IMG/VR virus record: IMGVR_UViG_2823715266_000003
Location: 892-64,891 of that record
DNA: 64,000 bases
Reading direction: 5' to 3' (one strand)
Source: a virus
Taxonomy: Duplodnaviria; Caudoviricetes
In this document: positions 55,270 through 64,000 of the stretch, in pieces
How positions within the stretch are numbered: the stretch's first letter is position 1
How the letters are laid out: the number at the start of each line of letters is the position of its first letter
Translations under genes and position numbers: made by a program
Notes under the pieces: generated by a model
Database searches by the model: none
The model's input: only the letters and a program-made list of their open reading frames with translations
What the model was told of the DNA's origin: nothing

Positions 55270-55307
55270 TGAATCATAGTTGACTTGCCAAACTGAATCA
55301 TGATTCA
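55270..55307. promoter_or_regulatory. OL operators / PL promoter
   Basis: TGAATCATAGTTGA 55270-55283; perfect palindrome TGAATCATGATTCA 55294-55307; TTGACT -35-like hexamer. Confidence 0.85.
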
Positions 55308-55347
55308 ATGCGTCCCGCGGCCAAGGAACGGCCCGCGAGGAGCGCAA

Positions 55348-55542
55348 ATGCAGAACAACCCCGGGCGAACTGCCCAAGCCAAACCGGCGGCGAAGCCGGC
55401 CCCCCGCCCCGAGTTCACGGATGAAGAGCTCCAGGCTTTCGACCGCGCGTATGCGCAGGCCAAGCAGACCGGCGCGCTGATCCGCCTCGAAACCGAGGCC
55501 GCCATGCGCATCGATACCCCCCGCGCCTGGGGGTTGGCATGA
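55348..55542 (+). CDS. Hypothetical early protein
   Basis: SD GAGGAG; MQNNPGR... Confidence 0.65.
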   Translation: MQNNPGRTAQAKPAAKPAPRPEFTDEELQAFDRAYAQAKQTGALIRLETEAAMRIDTPRAWGLA

Positions 55543-55661
55543 AGGCCGCGCTGCACGCACAACTGCTGGAAATCCAGCAGCAGATCGCCGCGCTGCGCCA
55601 GCGCTACGCCGATGCACGCCGCGTGCGCGCCATGGCCTCGTTCGGTTGGTGCGCAGCATGA
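55539..55661 (+). CDS. Small hypothetical protein (40 aa)
   Basis: ATGA-coupled at both ends; MKAALHAQLLEIQQQIAALRQRY... Confidence 0.55.
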   Translation: MKAALHAQLLEIQQQIAALRQRYADARRVRAMASFGWCAA

Positions 55662-55972
55662 CCGCGCAGCAAAAATCGGTAGTGACTGTCGACGGGAAGC
55701 AGTTCACCGTCTGGGGTGGGCCCACCGGTGTGACCGAGGTCACGACGGCTGCAACCCATACCCGCATGGGCTTCCGCAGGGTGCCGCTCACGAGCAAGAG
55801 CGCCAAAGCCGCCCTCGCCAAGGCCCAGGAGGCTGCACAACACACGCCGCTTCGCTGCACCGCGGCGAAGTGTGGCGAGTTCGATCCGCTTCGTTGCGCC
55901 TACGAGGCTGGGCACACCGGCGAGCACTGCTATGTGGTCGATCACCCGCTGAGAACCCGGAGCCCAGCATGA
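55658..55972 (+). CDS. Hypothetical protein with Cys/His C-terminus
   Basis: Coupled ORF; C...C...C.....H...H. Confidence 0.6.
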   Translation: MTAQQKSVVTVDGKQFTVWGGPTGVTEVTTAATHTRMGFRRVPLTSKSAKAALAKAQEAAQHTPLRCTAAKCGEFDPLRCAYEAGHTGEHCYVVDHPLRTRSPA

Positions 55973-56112
55973 GCACCGGACACCAACCCGCCACGCTCCA
56001 GGCGCTCGTCCTGGCGATCACGCTCGCCGCGCGCTTCAACAGCGATGCGCGGGATCTGCACGCCCGGCGCCGCGAGGCCCGCTCTGCTGCTGCACTGGGA
56101 GCCGCGCGATGA
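55969..56112 (+). CDS. Small hypothetical protein
   Basis: SD GGAG; ATGA-coupled. Confidence 0.5.
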   Translation: MSTGHQPATLQALVLAITLAARFNSDARDLHARRREARSAAALGAAR

Positions 56113-56381
56113 AGCGCCTCGGCTACTCCTTCCCCCTGGTGCCCGCACCCGCTGACCAGCCCACGCTGGTGGGCTCGGTCAACGCGGACGACCACCGCCC
56201 CGGCCGCATGCCTCGCTCGCTCGAAGACGCCTTCGGCCCCGGCCAGCGCTCGAGCACCACGCGGCTCTACGTCGCACTCCCGCGCCGCCAACGCATCGGT
56301 GAGGCGGTGGCAACCGCCGTGTCCGCGCTCGCCGGCCTCTTCGTCATCGCCCTCCTCATCTACGAAAGGATCGCATCGTGA
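56109..56381 (+). CDS. Hypothetical membrane protein
   Basis: PRSLEDAFGP motif; C-terminal TM helix. Confidence 0.65.
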   Translation: MKRLGYSFPLVPAPADQPTLVGSVNADDHRPGRMPRSLEDAFGPGQRSSTTRLYVALPRRQRIGEAVATAVSALAGLFVIALLIYERIAS

Positions 56382-56614
56382 GCGTCCGCCTCGTGCATCC
56401 GCCGCGCGCCAGCGCTGGCGACACCTCCGTCGGCATGCCGACTGCTGCCAACGACGACTACATGGGCAACGCGAGCCTCTGGTTCCCGTCTACCGCGCGC
56501 GACTACCTCGTGGTCAGCGCCCTCATCCTGCTGCTCCTCGCGGCCGTGCTGCTCACCCTGTACGGCGCCGAGCCGCGTGACTCTTGGTTCGCTCTGTGGG
56601 GGATCGCGAAGTGA
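56378..56614 (+). CDS. Hypothetical membrane protein
   Basis: One TM helix; coupled. Confidence 0.6.
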   Translation: MSVRLVHPPRASAGDTSVGMPTAANDDYMGNASLWFPSTARDYLVVSALILLLLAAVLLTLYGAEPRDSWFALWGIAK

Positions 56615-57423
56615 GCGCCGCACTCGCCCCCACCGAGCCCGAGGTTCTCACTCCCAAGGCCACGCTGGTGCTGCCGGCGCGCAACGAGATCTCCACCGTG
56701 CTGCACGCCATCACGGCCGCCGCCAACGACCCGAACGTCGACATCGACAAGATGGAGCGGCTGCTTGGCATGCACGAGCGCATGCACGCCCGGGCCAACG
56801 AACAGAAGTTCAACGCGGCGATGACGAAGGCGCAAGCCGCGATGGCCCCGATCTCGGCCGACGCAGTCAACCCGCAGACCCGCAGCACCTACGCCAGTTA
56901 CGCGCAGCTTGATCGCGCGCTGCGCCCCATCTACACGAAGAACGGCTTCGCGCTCAGTTTCGACACCGACGACTGCCCAAAGGAGAACCACATCCGCGTG
57001 CTGTGTTACGTGTCGCATGCCGCCGGCCACGTGCGCACCTACAAGTGCGACATGCCGGCCGATGGCAAGGGCGCAAAGGGCGGCGATGTCATGACGAAGA
57101 CCCACGCCCAGGGCTCGGCGATGACGTACTCCCAGCGCTACCTGCTGAAGCTGATCTTCAACGTGTCCATCGGCGAGAACGACGATGACGGAAACGGCGC
57201 TGGCGCCGATTCGGGCGACATCAGGCAAGCCACCGATGCCGACCGGCTCGCCGACTCGCTGTTTCATCGCCTCCGCGGGATCAAGACCGACGGCGATGCC
57301 GCTGCATTGTGGGCGGAGGGATCGAAGGCGCTGGCAGAGACGAAGCGTCGCGACCTCTACACCGAGTTCAAGGATGCAGTGCTCGCCCACCGCCGCAAGC
57401 TCAAGGCGGGAGGCCGCCCGTGA
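56611..57423 (+). CDS. ERF-family single-strand annealing recombinase
   Basis: YASYAQLD...GSAMTYSQRYLL...DDDG. Confidence 0.9.
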   Translation: MSAALAPTEPEVLTPKATLVLPARNEISTVLHAITAAANDPNVDIDKMERLLGMHERMHARANEQKFNAAMTKAQAAMAPISADAVNPQTRSTYASYAQLDRALRPIYTKNGFALSFDTDDCPKENHIRVLCYVSHAAGHVRTYKCDMPADGKGAKGGDVMTKTHAQGSAMTYSQRYLLKLIFNVSIGENDDDGNGAGADSGDIRQATDADRLADSLFHRLRGIKTDGDAAALWAEGSKALAETKRRDLYTEFKDAVLAHRRKLKAGGRP

Positions 57424-58325
57424 TACTGCTGACCTACCCCCAAGGGAGCGAAGACTGGCTGCGCGCGCGATGCGGTGTGCCCACAGCATCGCGCTTCTCC
57501 GACGCGAGAGAGAAAGTTGGCGGGCTCACTGACCAGCAGCGCATCTACGTCGAGGCCCTGCAGCTGGGCATGGAGGAGCCGGACGCACGCGCGAAGGCGG
57601 GCTACAAGTTGAAGCCGTCCGCCGGAGCCATCACGAAGGCCCTCAACGGCGAGCCGACGACGGAGCCCGGCGCGGCCGCAATCAAGTACGCATGGCTCGT
57701 CGCGTTCGAGACGATCAGTCGCGAGCCGCTCGACGACACCTTCGTCACGTACGCGATGCGCCGCGGCCGCGACCTCGAACCCCGGGCCCGCGTGGCCTAC
57801 GAGACGCGCACTGGCGCGCTGGTGGAAGAGGTCAGCCTGATCCTGACCGATGACGAGCGCTTCGGGTACTCCTCGGACGGCTTGATCGACGACGACGGCA
57901 TGGTCGAAATCAAGTGCCCGATGGCCTGCGACAAGCTGGGCCAGGTCTGGGCAAGCCCGGAGACGGCGCACCTTGAATACATCGACCAGATCAACGGCGG
58001 CCTGTGGATCACCGGCCGGAAGTGGTGCGATCTGGTCGTTTACTGCCCGTGGCTGGAACCCGTCGGCAAAGACCTGTTCGTGAAGCGCATCTACCGCAAC
58101 GAGGACGCCATCGAGGCTCTCGAAGCGGACCTGATCGACTTCAGCCGACTGGTCGACAGCTACCTGGAGATCCTGCGCGCGCCGACCAAGATGTCCGGCG
58201 CGCCCAAGAACGCTCCACCCGCGCCTCGGCGCGCCACCGCCGCGCCGGCCCCCACCGCCCCCCTGTTCCCCGAGCCCGCCACGCCCGCGCGCGGCGGCCA
58301 TGCAGTTGTCGAAAACCCGTTCTGA
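57420..58325 (+). CDS. YqaJ-like (lambda exonuclease family) protein
   Basis: QGSEDWLRARCGVPTASRF...RGRDLEP.AR...SSDGL...EIKCP...Q. Confidence 0.92.
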   Translation: MILLTYPQGSEDWLRARCGVPTASRFSDAREKVGGLTDQQRIYVEALQLGMEEPDARAKAGYKLKPSAGAITKALNGEPTTEPGAAAIKYAWLVAFETISREPLDDTFVTYAMRRGRDLEPRARVAYETRTGALVEEVSLILTDDERFGYSSDGLIDDDGMVEIKCPMACDKLGQVWASPETAHLEYIDQINGGLWITGRKWCDLVVYCPWLEPVGKDLFVKRIYRNEDAIEALEADLIDFSRLVDSYLEILRAPTKMSGAPKNAPPAPRRATAAPAPTAPLFPEPATPARGGHAVVENPF

Positions 58326-58333
58326 GAGGCCCC

Positions 58334-59422
58334 ATGTCCGATCTCGCAACCACCTCCGCTGCTGAAGTCAGCACCCAACCCACCAGCATCGCCCAGGCGG
58401 CGCTCGCCGTGTTCTCTCCGCTGGAGAGCGATATGGAGGCCCTCGCCACGCGGCACCGCAATGTCGTCTTCGACATGAGCACGCCGAAGGGCTTCAAAGC
58501 CGCCAAGGACGCGCGCCTCGAACTCCGCGAGTCCGGCCGCTTCGCCATCCAGCGCCTGCGCGACAAGACGAAAGACCAGCTCAACGACTGCAAGAAGGTC
58601 ATCGACGGCGAGGCCGCCCGCCTGATCGCCATCGTGGAGCCCGTCGAAACGTTCGTGGACGAGCAAATCAAGGTCCACGAGAAGAAGCTCGCCGACGAGA
58701 AGGCCGAGCGCGACCGCATCGAAGCGGAGCGCAAGCAGAAGCACACCGACGCCATCGCCGTGATCGAAAGCTACGTGACGAAGGCCGCAGGCCTGCCTAT
58801 CGAACGCATCGAAGCCGGCCTGGAGTACGTGCGCAACATCAACGTGGGCGCGGATGTCTTCGAGGAGTTCGCCGTGCGCGCCGCGGCGCAGAAGGACGCG
58901 ACCATCCGGGCCCTCGAGAAGATGATCGCCGAAACCCGCGAGCGCGCTGCGGCGGAAGCACAACGGCTCGAAAACGAACGCCTGCGGGCACAGCTGGCCG
59001 AGCTGCAGAGCAAGCAGGCGCCCGCGCCGGCCGCCGCTGTCGCACCACAGGAACAGGTGGCCGAACCAGAGTCCGCCCCCGCGCGCCCCGCCCCCAACAC
59101 CGTCAGCTACTCCACCAGCCGCGTTACACGCGCGACTGACCCCGCTCCCGCACCCGCGCCTGTTCGCCAGTTCGAGGCCGGCGCCCTCGCAGCCAACGAA
59201 TCGACAGCGGCGGGCGCTCCCACCCTGCGCATCGGCGACATCGCCGCGCGCCTGGGCTTCACGCTGACCGCAGAGCAGCTGCGCGGCCTGGGCATTGAGC
59301 CCGCCGCCCGCGAGCGCGGCGCCACGCTGTACCACGAGCACCAGTTCGCTGACATCTGCGACGCGCTCATCCACCGCGCGGCCGAAGCCAAGGCCGAGCA
59401 CGCCCAGCGCCTGGCGGCCTGA
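58334..59422 (+). CDS. Coiled-coil phage protein (recombination module)
   Basis: 362 aa from MSDLATT; SD GAGG. Confidence 0.75.
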   Translation: MSDLATTSAAEVSTQPTSIAQAALAVFSPLESDMEALATRHRNVVFDMSTPKGFKAAKDARLELRESGRFAIQRLRDKTKDQLNDCKKVIDGEAARLIAIVEPVETFVDEQIKVHEKKLADEKAERDRIEAERKQKHTDAIAVIESYVTKAAGLPIERIEAGLEYVRNINVGADVFEEFAVRAAAQKDATIRALEKMIAETRERAAAEAQRLENERLRAQLAELQSKQAPAPAAAVAPQEQVAEPESAPARPAPNTVSYSTSRVTRATDPAPAPAPVRQFEAGALAANESTAAGAPTLRIGDIAARLGFTLTAEQLRGLGIEPAARERGATLYHEHQFADICDALIHRAAEAKAEHAQRLAA

Positions 59423-59536
59423 CCAGTTTCGGGCGACCCGTCGGTTGGACTCCCCTCCTCCATCCCTCCTCCCTTTCCGACCGACCCGCGCGAGCGGCGC
59501 CCTCTTTCATTTCCCTCAACCACCAGAAAGGTGAAC

Positions 59537-59905
59537 ATGCCCGAAGTATTGAAGTCCCCAACGCCGCAGGCCAAGCGGCAGAGCTTCCAGGAGCTCCTGG
59601 AAGCGCTCGACTACGGCGCCTTGGCCGAAGAGGCCACGTACGAGCTCAACGAGCTGGTACACGCCTGCACCGAAACCGGCAAGGTCGGCGAGATCGTGCT
59701 CGCCATCAAGATCAAGCCGGTCGGCGCCGGCCAGGTCGAGCTCGCCAACGAACTCAAGGTGAAGAAGCCGAAGCCCGTCCGCGGCAAGACGCTGATGTTC
59801 GCCACGCCCGACAACAACCTGCAACGCGAGAACCCGCGCCAGCAAACGCTCGACGGCGTACGCACGGTGGCTGAGGAATCGCGCCAAGTGCGCGCGGTGA
59901 CCTGA
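59537..59905 (+). CDS. YfdP-like protein (partner of DUF2303)
   Basis: ETGKVGEIVLAIKIKP...MFATPDNNLQRENPRQ. Confidence 0.8.
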   Translation: MPEVLKSPTPQAKRQSFQELLEALDYGALAEEATYELNELVHACTETGKVGEIVLAIKIKPVGAGQVELANELKVKKPKPVRGKTLMFATPDNNLQRENPRQQTLDGVRTVAEESRQVRAVT

Positions 59906-59960
59906 CCTCGCCTCTCTCCCCAACCCCATTCCTTTTTCAACCTCCTCAACGAGAGAACCC

Positions 59961-60782
59961 ATGAGCGACGACATTCAACTCAACAACATCCAGTCCGCGC
60001 TGGACGCGGGCGCCGGTCTGAGCGCCATGAAGGCGGCCGAGCTGGGCAACCTGAACAACTCCTTCCCCTACGTGCTCCTGCCCGAGGGCTACCGCTACGA
60101 AGGCAAGGAAGACATCCTGCCCGCACCGCTGCGCAAGCGCGGCGGCACCACGCTGAACGATGCGGCCAGCTTCATTGCGGTGGTCAACGACCAGAAGGGC
60201 GAGGCCACGCGCCTGTACTCCACCATCAGCCCGCCGACGTTCACCGCCGTCTTCAACGACGTGGCGGCGCAGCCAGGCTGGCGCGATCACACGGCGAAGT
60301 ACAACGCGCCGCTCTCGCCCGAGTGGAAAACCTGGGTCGCCGCGTCCGGCCGCCAGCAAAGCCAGGCGGACTTCGCGCAGTTCATCGAAACCAATCTGCC
60401 CGACATCGCCGAACCGGTCGGGGCGACGGTACTGGAAGTCGCACGCACCCTCGAAGCGAAGAAGAAGGTCAACTTCGCATCGAGCCTGCGCCTGTCGGAC
60501 GGCTCTACCCAGTTCACCTACGAGGAAGACGTACAGGGCAGCGCGCAGAAGGGCCAGCTCAAGGTGCCCGAGGTGTTCGTACTCGCGATCCCAGTGTTCG
60601 AGAACGGTGACCTGTGGCGGGTGGAAGCGCAGCTGCGCTACCGCATCGCCGACGGCGGCAAGCTGACCATCTGGTACGAGCTGGTGCGCCCGCACAAGGT
60701 CATCGAGGCCGCCGTGAAGGAGCTGCGCACCACGATCGCCACCGAAACCGGCCTGCCCATCCTGGTCGGCTCTCCGAGCTGA
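59961..60782 (+). CDS. DUF2303 (YfdQ-like) protein
   Basis: GWRDHTA...SPEWKTW...QADFAQFIE...VPEVF.LAIPVFE...RYRI. Confidence 0.88.
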   Translation: MSDDIQLNNIQSALDAGAGLSAMKAAELGNLNNSFPYVLLPEGYRYEGKEDILPAPLRKRGGTTLNDAASFIAVVNDQKGEATRLYSTISPPTFTAVFNDVAAQPGWRDHTAKYNAPLSPEWKTWVAASGRQQSQADFAQFIETNLPDIAEPVGATVLEVARTLEAKKKVNFASSLRLSDGSTQFTYEEDVQGSAQKGQLKVPEVFVLAIPVFENGDLWRVEAQLRYRIADGGKLTIWYELVRPHKVIEAAVKELRTTIATETGLPILVGSPS

Positions 60783-60831
60783 TCCCCTGCCCGCGCCCTC
60801 GCGGCGCGGGCATCTGCACCGAGCGAGACAA

Positions 60832-61131
60832 ATGAGCCAGAACGGCCCCCGCACCTTCAGCCTCTGCATGAACGTCGAAGGCTTCATGCGGAACAACCGC
60901 TACCCGCGCGGCTACGACATCTTCCAGAACGACGACGGCACACCGCTGACGCCGGCCGAAGCCCTGACGTTCCTGATGACCGAGAAGGCCAAGGGCCACA
61001 AAGTCATTCCCTGCTCCAGCGAGTGCAGCAACCCCTGCAAGCACGCCGGTGCTGGCTGCACCGGCTTCGACTACTCCGGCGGAGGCTGTCCGGGCCGCTG
61101 CACTACGCCCTCCGGTGAGGTACCTGTATGA
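60832..61131 (+). CDS. Cys-rich hypothetical protein
   Basis: 99 aa; C-terminal C...FDY..GCPG. Confidence 0.65.
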   Translation: MSQNGPRTFSLCMNVEGFMRNNRYPRGYDIFQNDDGTPLTPAEALTFLMTEKAKGHKVIPCSSECSNPCKHAGAGCTGFDYSGGGCPGRCTTPSGEVPV

Positions 61132-61454
61132 ATGAGCGCAGCAACCGCATCGAGGTGCGCAACCCGCTGCTCGCAGAGCCCAACCTGATGAAAGAGTGGC
61201 TCGAACTGCGCTCCAGCCATCCAGAGGCCGCGGCTGCGCTCCAGCGAATGCTGATGCGGCTCAGCAAGTCTTGGCGTATCAAAGCCCAGCAGACCTGGGA
61301 GCGCCACAAGGCTCCGATGGCTCGCTATCAGCGCCGCAACGCGGACATCGCGTTGGATCTGGCCGTCACGTTGAAGGCCGCTGGGGTCTACGCGCGACAT
61401 CTCGCCTCTGCTGCGAATCACTCACCTGTTCCCTCGGAGAATTCTCATGGCTAA
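61128..61454 (+). CDS. Hypothetical protein
   Basis: SD GAGGT; coupled. Confidence 0.65.
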   Translation: MNERSNRIEVRNPLLAEPNLMKEWLELRSSHPEAAAALQRMLMRLSKSWRIKAQQTWERHKAPMARYQRRNADIALDLAVTLKAAGVYARHLASAANHSPVPSENSHG

Positions 61455-62202
61455 CACCACCTGTACCAAGCCGCCGGCCGGCTGGCACTGCACCCTCGCG
61501 GAGGGCCACGAGGGGCCTTGCGCGGCCTCGCCAAAGCCGGAGTGGCCGCAGCTCGAGAAGATCATCGACGCCCACGTCGACGGCTACGAGCTGCACGGCG
61601 AGAACGCGGCGGGCTTCGACGTTCGCTACGACCCTACCGAGCACGAGCGCTTTCTGATCCGCGATGCCATCGCCGGCCTGTTCGCCGACCCCGACTGGGC
61701 GGCGGCGTGGGGCCGGCACGTCAACGAGATCGTCGCGGCCCGAAACGCCGAGCAGCAGCCGCTTTTCTGGTACCGGCCGTGCCGCGGCGGTCTCTACGAG
61801 GGTCCGCATCACACAAACTCGGCCGAAGGCAAATTGCTGCGCGCCGAGAAGTCCAGCGAATGGAAGCCGCTCTACACCGCCCCCTCCGTTCCCTGCGCCC
61901 CAGCCGCTGTTGAGGCGAACGAGCAAAGAGCCAAGTGTCCCGACTGCAATGGCAGCGGCGTCGATGGCGATGTAGACGACTACGGCCGGACCATCGATAT
62001 TGCGTGCGGCGCTTGCGATGGAACTGGCCGCGCTTGCAACGGTCGGCAGGCGGCCATTGAGCGAGTAGCGCGGGTCTTTCAGAAGTCCGTGATTGGGATT
62101 GTGCCCGCGGACTACGCCACTGGCTACACCGAAGCGCTTGAACATGTGCGTCGTGCCCTCGCCTCCTCGCCCTCCAGCGCCCCAGCCAAGAGCGACACGT
62201 GA
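61447..62202 (+). CDS. Mosaic phage protein with DnaJ-like CxxCxGxG Zn-finger
   Basis: CPDCNGSG...CGACDGTG; N-terminal C..PP.GWHC...GHEGPC. Confidence 0.65.
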   Translation: MANTTCTKPPAGWHCTLAEGHEGPCAASPKPEWPQLEKIIDAHVDGYELHGENAAGFDVRYDPTEHERFLIRDAIAGLFADPDWAAAWGRHVNEIVAARNAEQQPLFWYRPCRGGLYEGPHHTNSAEGKLLRAEKSSEWKPLYTAPSVPCAPAAVEANEQRAKCPDCNGSGVDGDVDDYGRTIDIACGACDGTGRACNGRQAAIERVARVFQKSVIGIVPADYATGYTEALEHVRRALASSPSSAPAKSDT

Positions 62203-62207
62203 AGAGA

Positions 62208-62450
62208 TCAGTCCTCTTCGAGGTCGAATTCCATCTGGGCCTGGCGGATCACCCGCGCGACAGCAGGGGTGTGAAGGTCACGGTTTCGCAGAATCGGCAC
62301 CGTCCAGTTGGCGCCGCCCTCTCCCCCGTCCATCCACCGCACGCCGGCCAGGTGCACGTCAGTGACCTGGCCGGCCATGCCGGGAAGCGCTTCAATGCGT
62401 TCGATCAGGATCTGCTGGAGCTGGCGCGCCGTGCGCGTTGCCTTGCTCAC
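62208..62450 (-). CDS. Hypothetical protein (antisense moron)
   Basis: 80 aa, protein-like; GTGA-coupled to upstream gene. Confidence 0.6.
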   Translation of the reverse strand: MSKATRTARQLQQILIERIEALPGMAGQVTDVHLAGVRWMDGGEGGANWTVPILRNRDLHTPAVARVIRQAQMEFDLEED

Positions 62451-62695
62451 GGACGAGGGCTCTCCCCCGCTTCGTCGTCTAGCTCCTCAGGGGCCTCCGC
62501 GATGCGAGCCGCTTCCTCCCGGTCGAAGAGAGCTTCAGCTTTCCGCCGGCGAATAGCCCGAACCGCTGCCACAAGAGCGTCTTTTGACGCGGTAGCGCCC
62601 AGCGTCGCGATAGCTTGTTCCGCTTCAGCGATCTCGCACTCCACGTGCTGCATCAGCTCGCCAGCGGTCCAGGTCTTGACGTTCGATCCTGACAT
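62447..62695 (-). CDS. Hypothetical protein (antisense moron)
   Basis: SD AAGGAG; MSGSNVKTWTAGELMQ..., helical. Confidence 0.6.
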   Translation of the reverse strand: MSGSNVKTWTAGELMQHVECEIAEAEQAIATLGATASKDALVAAVRAIRRRKAEALFDREEAARIAEAPEELDDEAGESPRP

Positions 62696-62723
62696 TTCTT
62701 CTCCTTCGTAGGCCACAACAAGT

Positions 62724-62975
62724 ATGCCCTCCGCAGCCAATGAACCACTCGAGCTCACCGCTGATGAGCTGAAGCGCCTCACAAGGCGCAGTCGGTACGC
62801 CGCCCAGGCGCGCGTGCTTGAGCACCTCGGGATTCCACATCACCGGCACCCCATCGACGGCATGGCCATCGTCAGCCGCGACGCCGCGCGCGCGGCCCTG
62901 GCCAAGGCCACCAACCAGCCCGGCGACGGCCGGGAAGAAGCATCAAACGGACTGAACTGGAGTAAGAGGGCATGA
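62724..62975 (+). CDS. Putative excisionase (DUF4224-like)
   Basis: LTADELKRLT...AQARVLEHLGIP...DG..IVSR; coupled to the integrase. Confidence 0.8.
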   Translation: MPSAANEPLELTADELKRLTRRSRYAAQARVLEHLGIPHHRHPIDGMAIVSRDAARAALAKATNQPGDGREEASNGLNWSKRA

Positions 62976-64000
62976 GGCAGCGTGATCGGCAGTCGCAAAT
63001 GGGGTTGCTGCCCCGAATGGAAGCTCGTCCTCGCAAAGACGGAGGCTTCACATATCGCTTCCATCCGATCGAGGGCAAGCCGATCAATCTCGGCCGAGAC
63101 AAGGGCGCCGCGATTCAAAAAGTGTTGGACATGAGCAACAAGGCGACAGACCAGGGCCAGTTCGCACGCCTATGGCGCCTTTACCAGGAGCGGCCCGACT
63201 TCAAACGTCTGGCCGACAGCACGAAGGATCAATACCGCGACAACTGGAAGGAGCTGGAAAAAGTCTTCGCCAAGGGGGTGGTTGCTTCCACGAAGCCGAA
63301 AGACATTGCCCGCTACCTGCGCGTCGAGCGCGCCAACGCCCCTGTGGTCGCAAACCGTGAGGTGGCCTTGTTGTCGAACCTGTTCAACCTCGCAGTCGAG
63401 CTCGGTGAGATCGACCGCAATCCCTGCAAGGACGTGCGCCGAAATCCCGAGGAATCGCGCGACCGTCTGGTGGAGGCAAAAGAGTTGGATGCCTTCGTTG
63501 CATGGGCGCTACAGCAAGGGCCCAGCAACGTTGTCCTGGTGAGCATGGCGCAATTCGCCGCGCTTACTGGAAATCGGCGAGCAGAGTTTTTAAAGCTTCA
63601 CTGGCCGCAGGTCGACGAGGAAATTATTCGGCTGCAGCGCGCGAAGCAGCGAGGGAAGAAATCGAAGCGCGAACTAATTGGGGTGAGCGCCGCCTTGCAA
63701 GAGGTGCTCGACCGGATGAAGGCGATGGAAGGTTATTCGCCAATGGGCGCGGTGTTCCGCGCGCCGCGCACCAACAATGCCTATTCGGAGCCGGGCTTTA
63801 AGGCCATGTGGCAGCGCCTAATGCAAAAAGCGCTCGACGCAAGGGTAATTGCGGAGCGCTTCACGTTTCATGACCTGCGCGGCCACTACACAACGTATTT
63901 CAAATTGAAGTTTGGCGAACTGCCCGAATTGCACGCTGATCCGAAGACCACGGCTGGGGTATATGAGCGGAGCCGGGAGGTGCGCCGGAAGTCCCTTTGA
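62972..64000 (+). CDS. int: Tyrosine recombinase / phage integrase
   Basis: TGNRRAE (R), FHDLRG (HxxR), LHAD...GVY (H, Y); stop codon at the window end. Confidence 0.95.
   Translation: MRQRDRQSQMGLLPRMEARPRKDGGFTYRFHPIEGKPINLGRDKGAAIQKVLDMSNKATDQGQFARLWRLYQERPDFKRLADSTKDQYRDNWKELEKVFAKGVVASTKPKDIARYLRVERANAPVVANREVALLSNLFNLAVELGEIDRNPCKDVRRNPEESRDRLVEAKELDAFVAWALQQGPSNVVLVSMAQFAALTGNRRAEFLKLHWPQVDEEIIRLQRAKQRGKKSKRELIGVSAALQEVLDRMKAMEGYSPMGAVFRAPRTNNAYSEPGFKAMWQRLMQKALDARVIAERFTFHDLRGHYTTYFKLKFGELPELHADPKTTAGVYERSREVRRKSL

Larger units (their letters stand above)
1..64000. mobile_element. Temperate phage / prophage (podovirus-like morphogenesis module, lambdoid control region); att sites not visible in the window
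   Basis: Continuous gene order: lysis, tail, capsid, portal, terminase, nin/replication, cro/cI, recombination, xis, int. Confidence 0.97.

Overview
The whole window is a GC-rich temperate (pro)phage genome, probably from a Burkholderiales/Comamonadaceae host (host is an inference). It runs from the lysis genes at the left end to the excisionase and integrase at the right end. The minus strand carries late genes: spanin, SAR endolysin, holin, a 4367-aa DarB-like polyvalent protein, ejection/tail proteins, an N4-gp56-like capsid, scaffold, P22-like portal and terminase. It also carries a nin/replication block and cro. The plus strand carries cI, the ERF/YqaJ recombination block and xis/int. 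Accessory genes include higBA, an XRE-NinX fusion, a complete type IVa major pilin with its own sigma54 promoter, Tad2- and Gp49/Acb4-like anti-defence sponge candidates, a HEPN-like gene, an AbiGi-like gene and DUF72. Main unexplained structure: (1) an 8-9 copy late-promoter element (CCCCTGTAGGG-N24-degenerate -10) whose predicted start sites fall on four ATGs (leaderless mRNAs), on nucleotide 1 of an atypical CAT tRNA, and on structured non-coding RNAs; (2) a CsrA/RsmA-like gene beside three identical GGA-loop hairpins in the tail module; (3) three same-frame nested ORFs overprinted in the giant gene; (4) the pilin moron. All family calls come from motif recognition by eye, not database searches.
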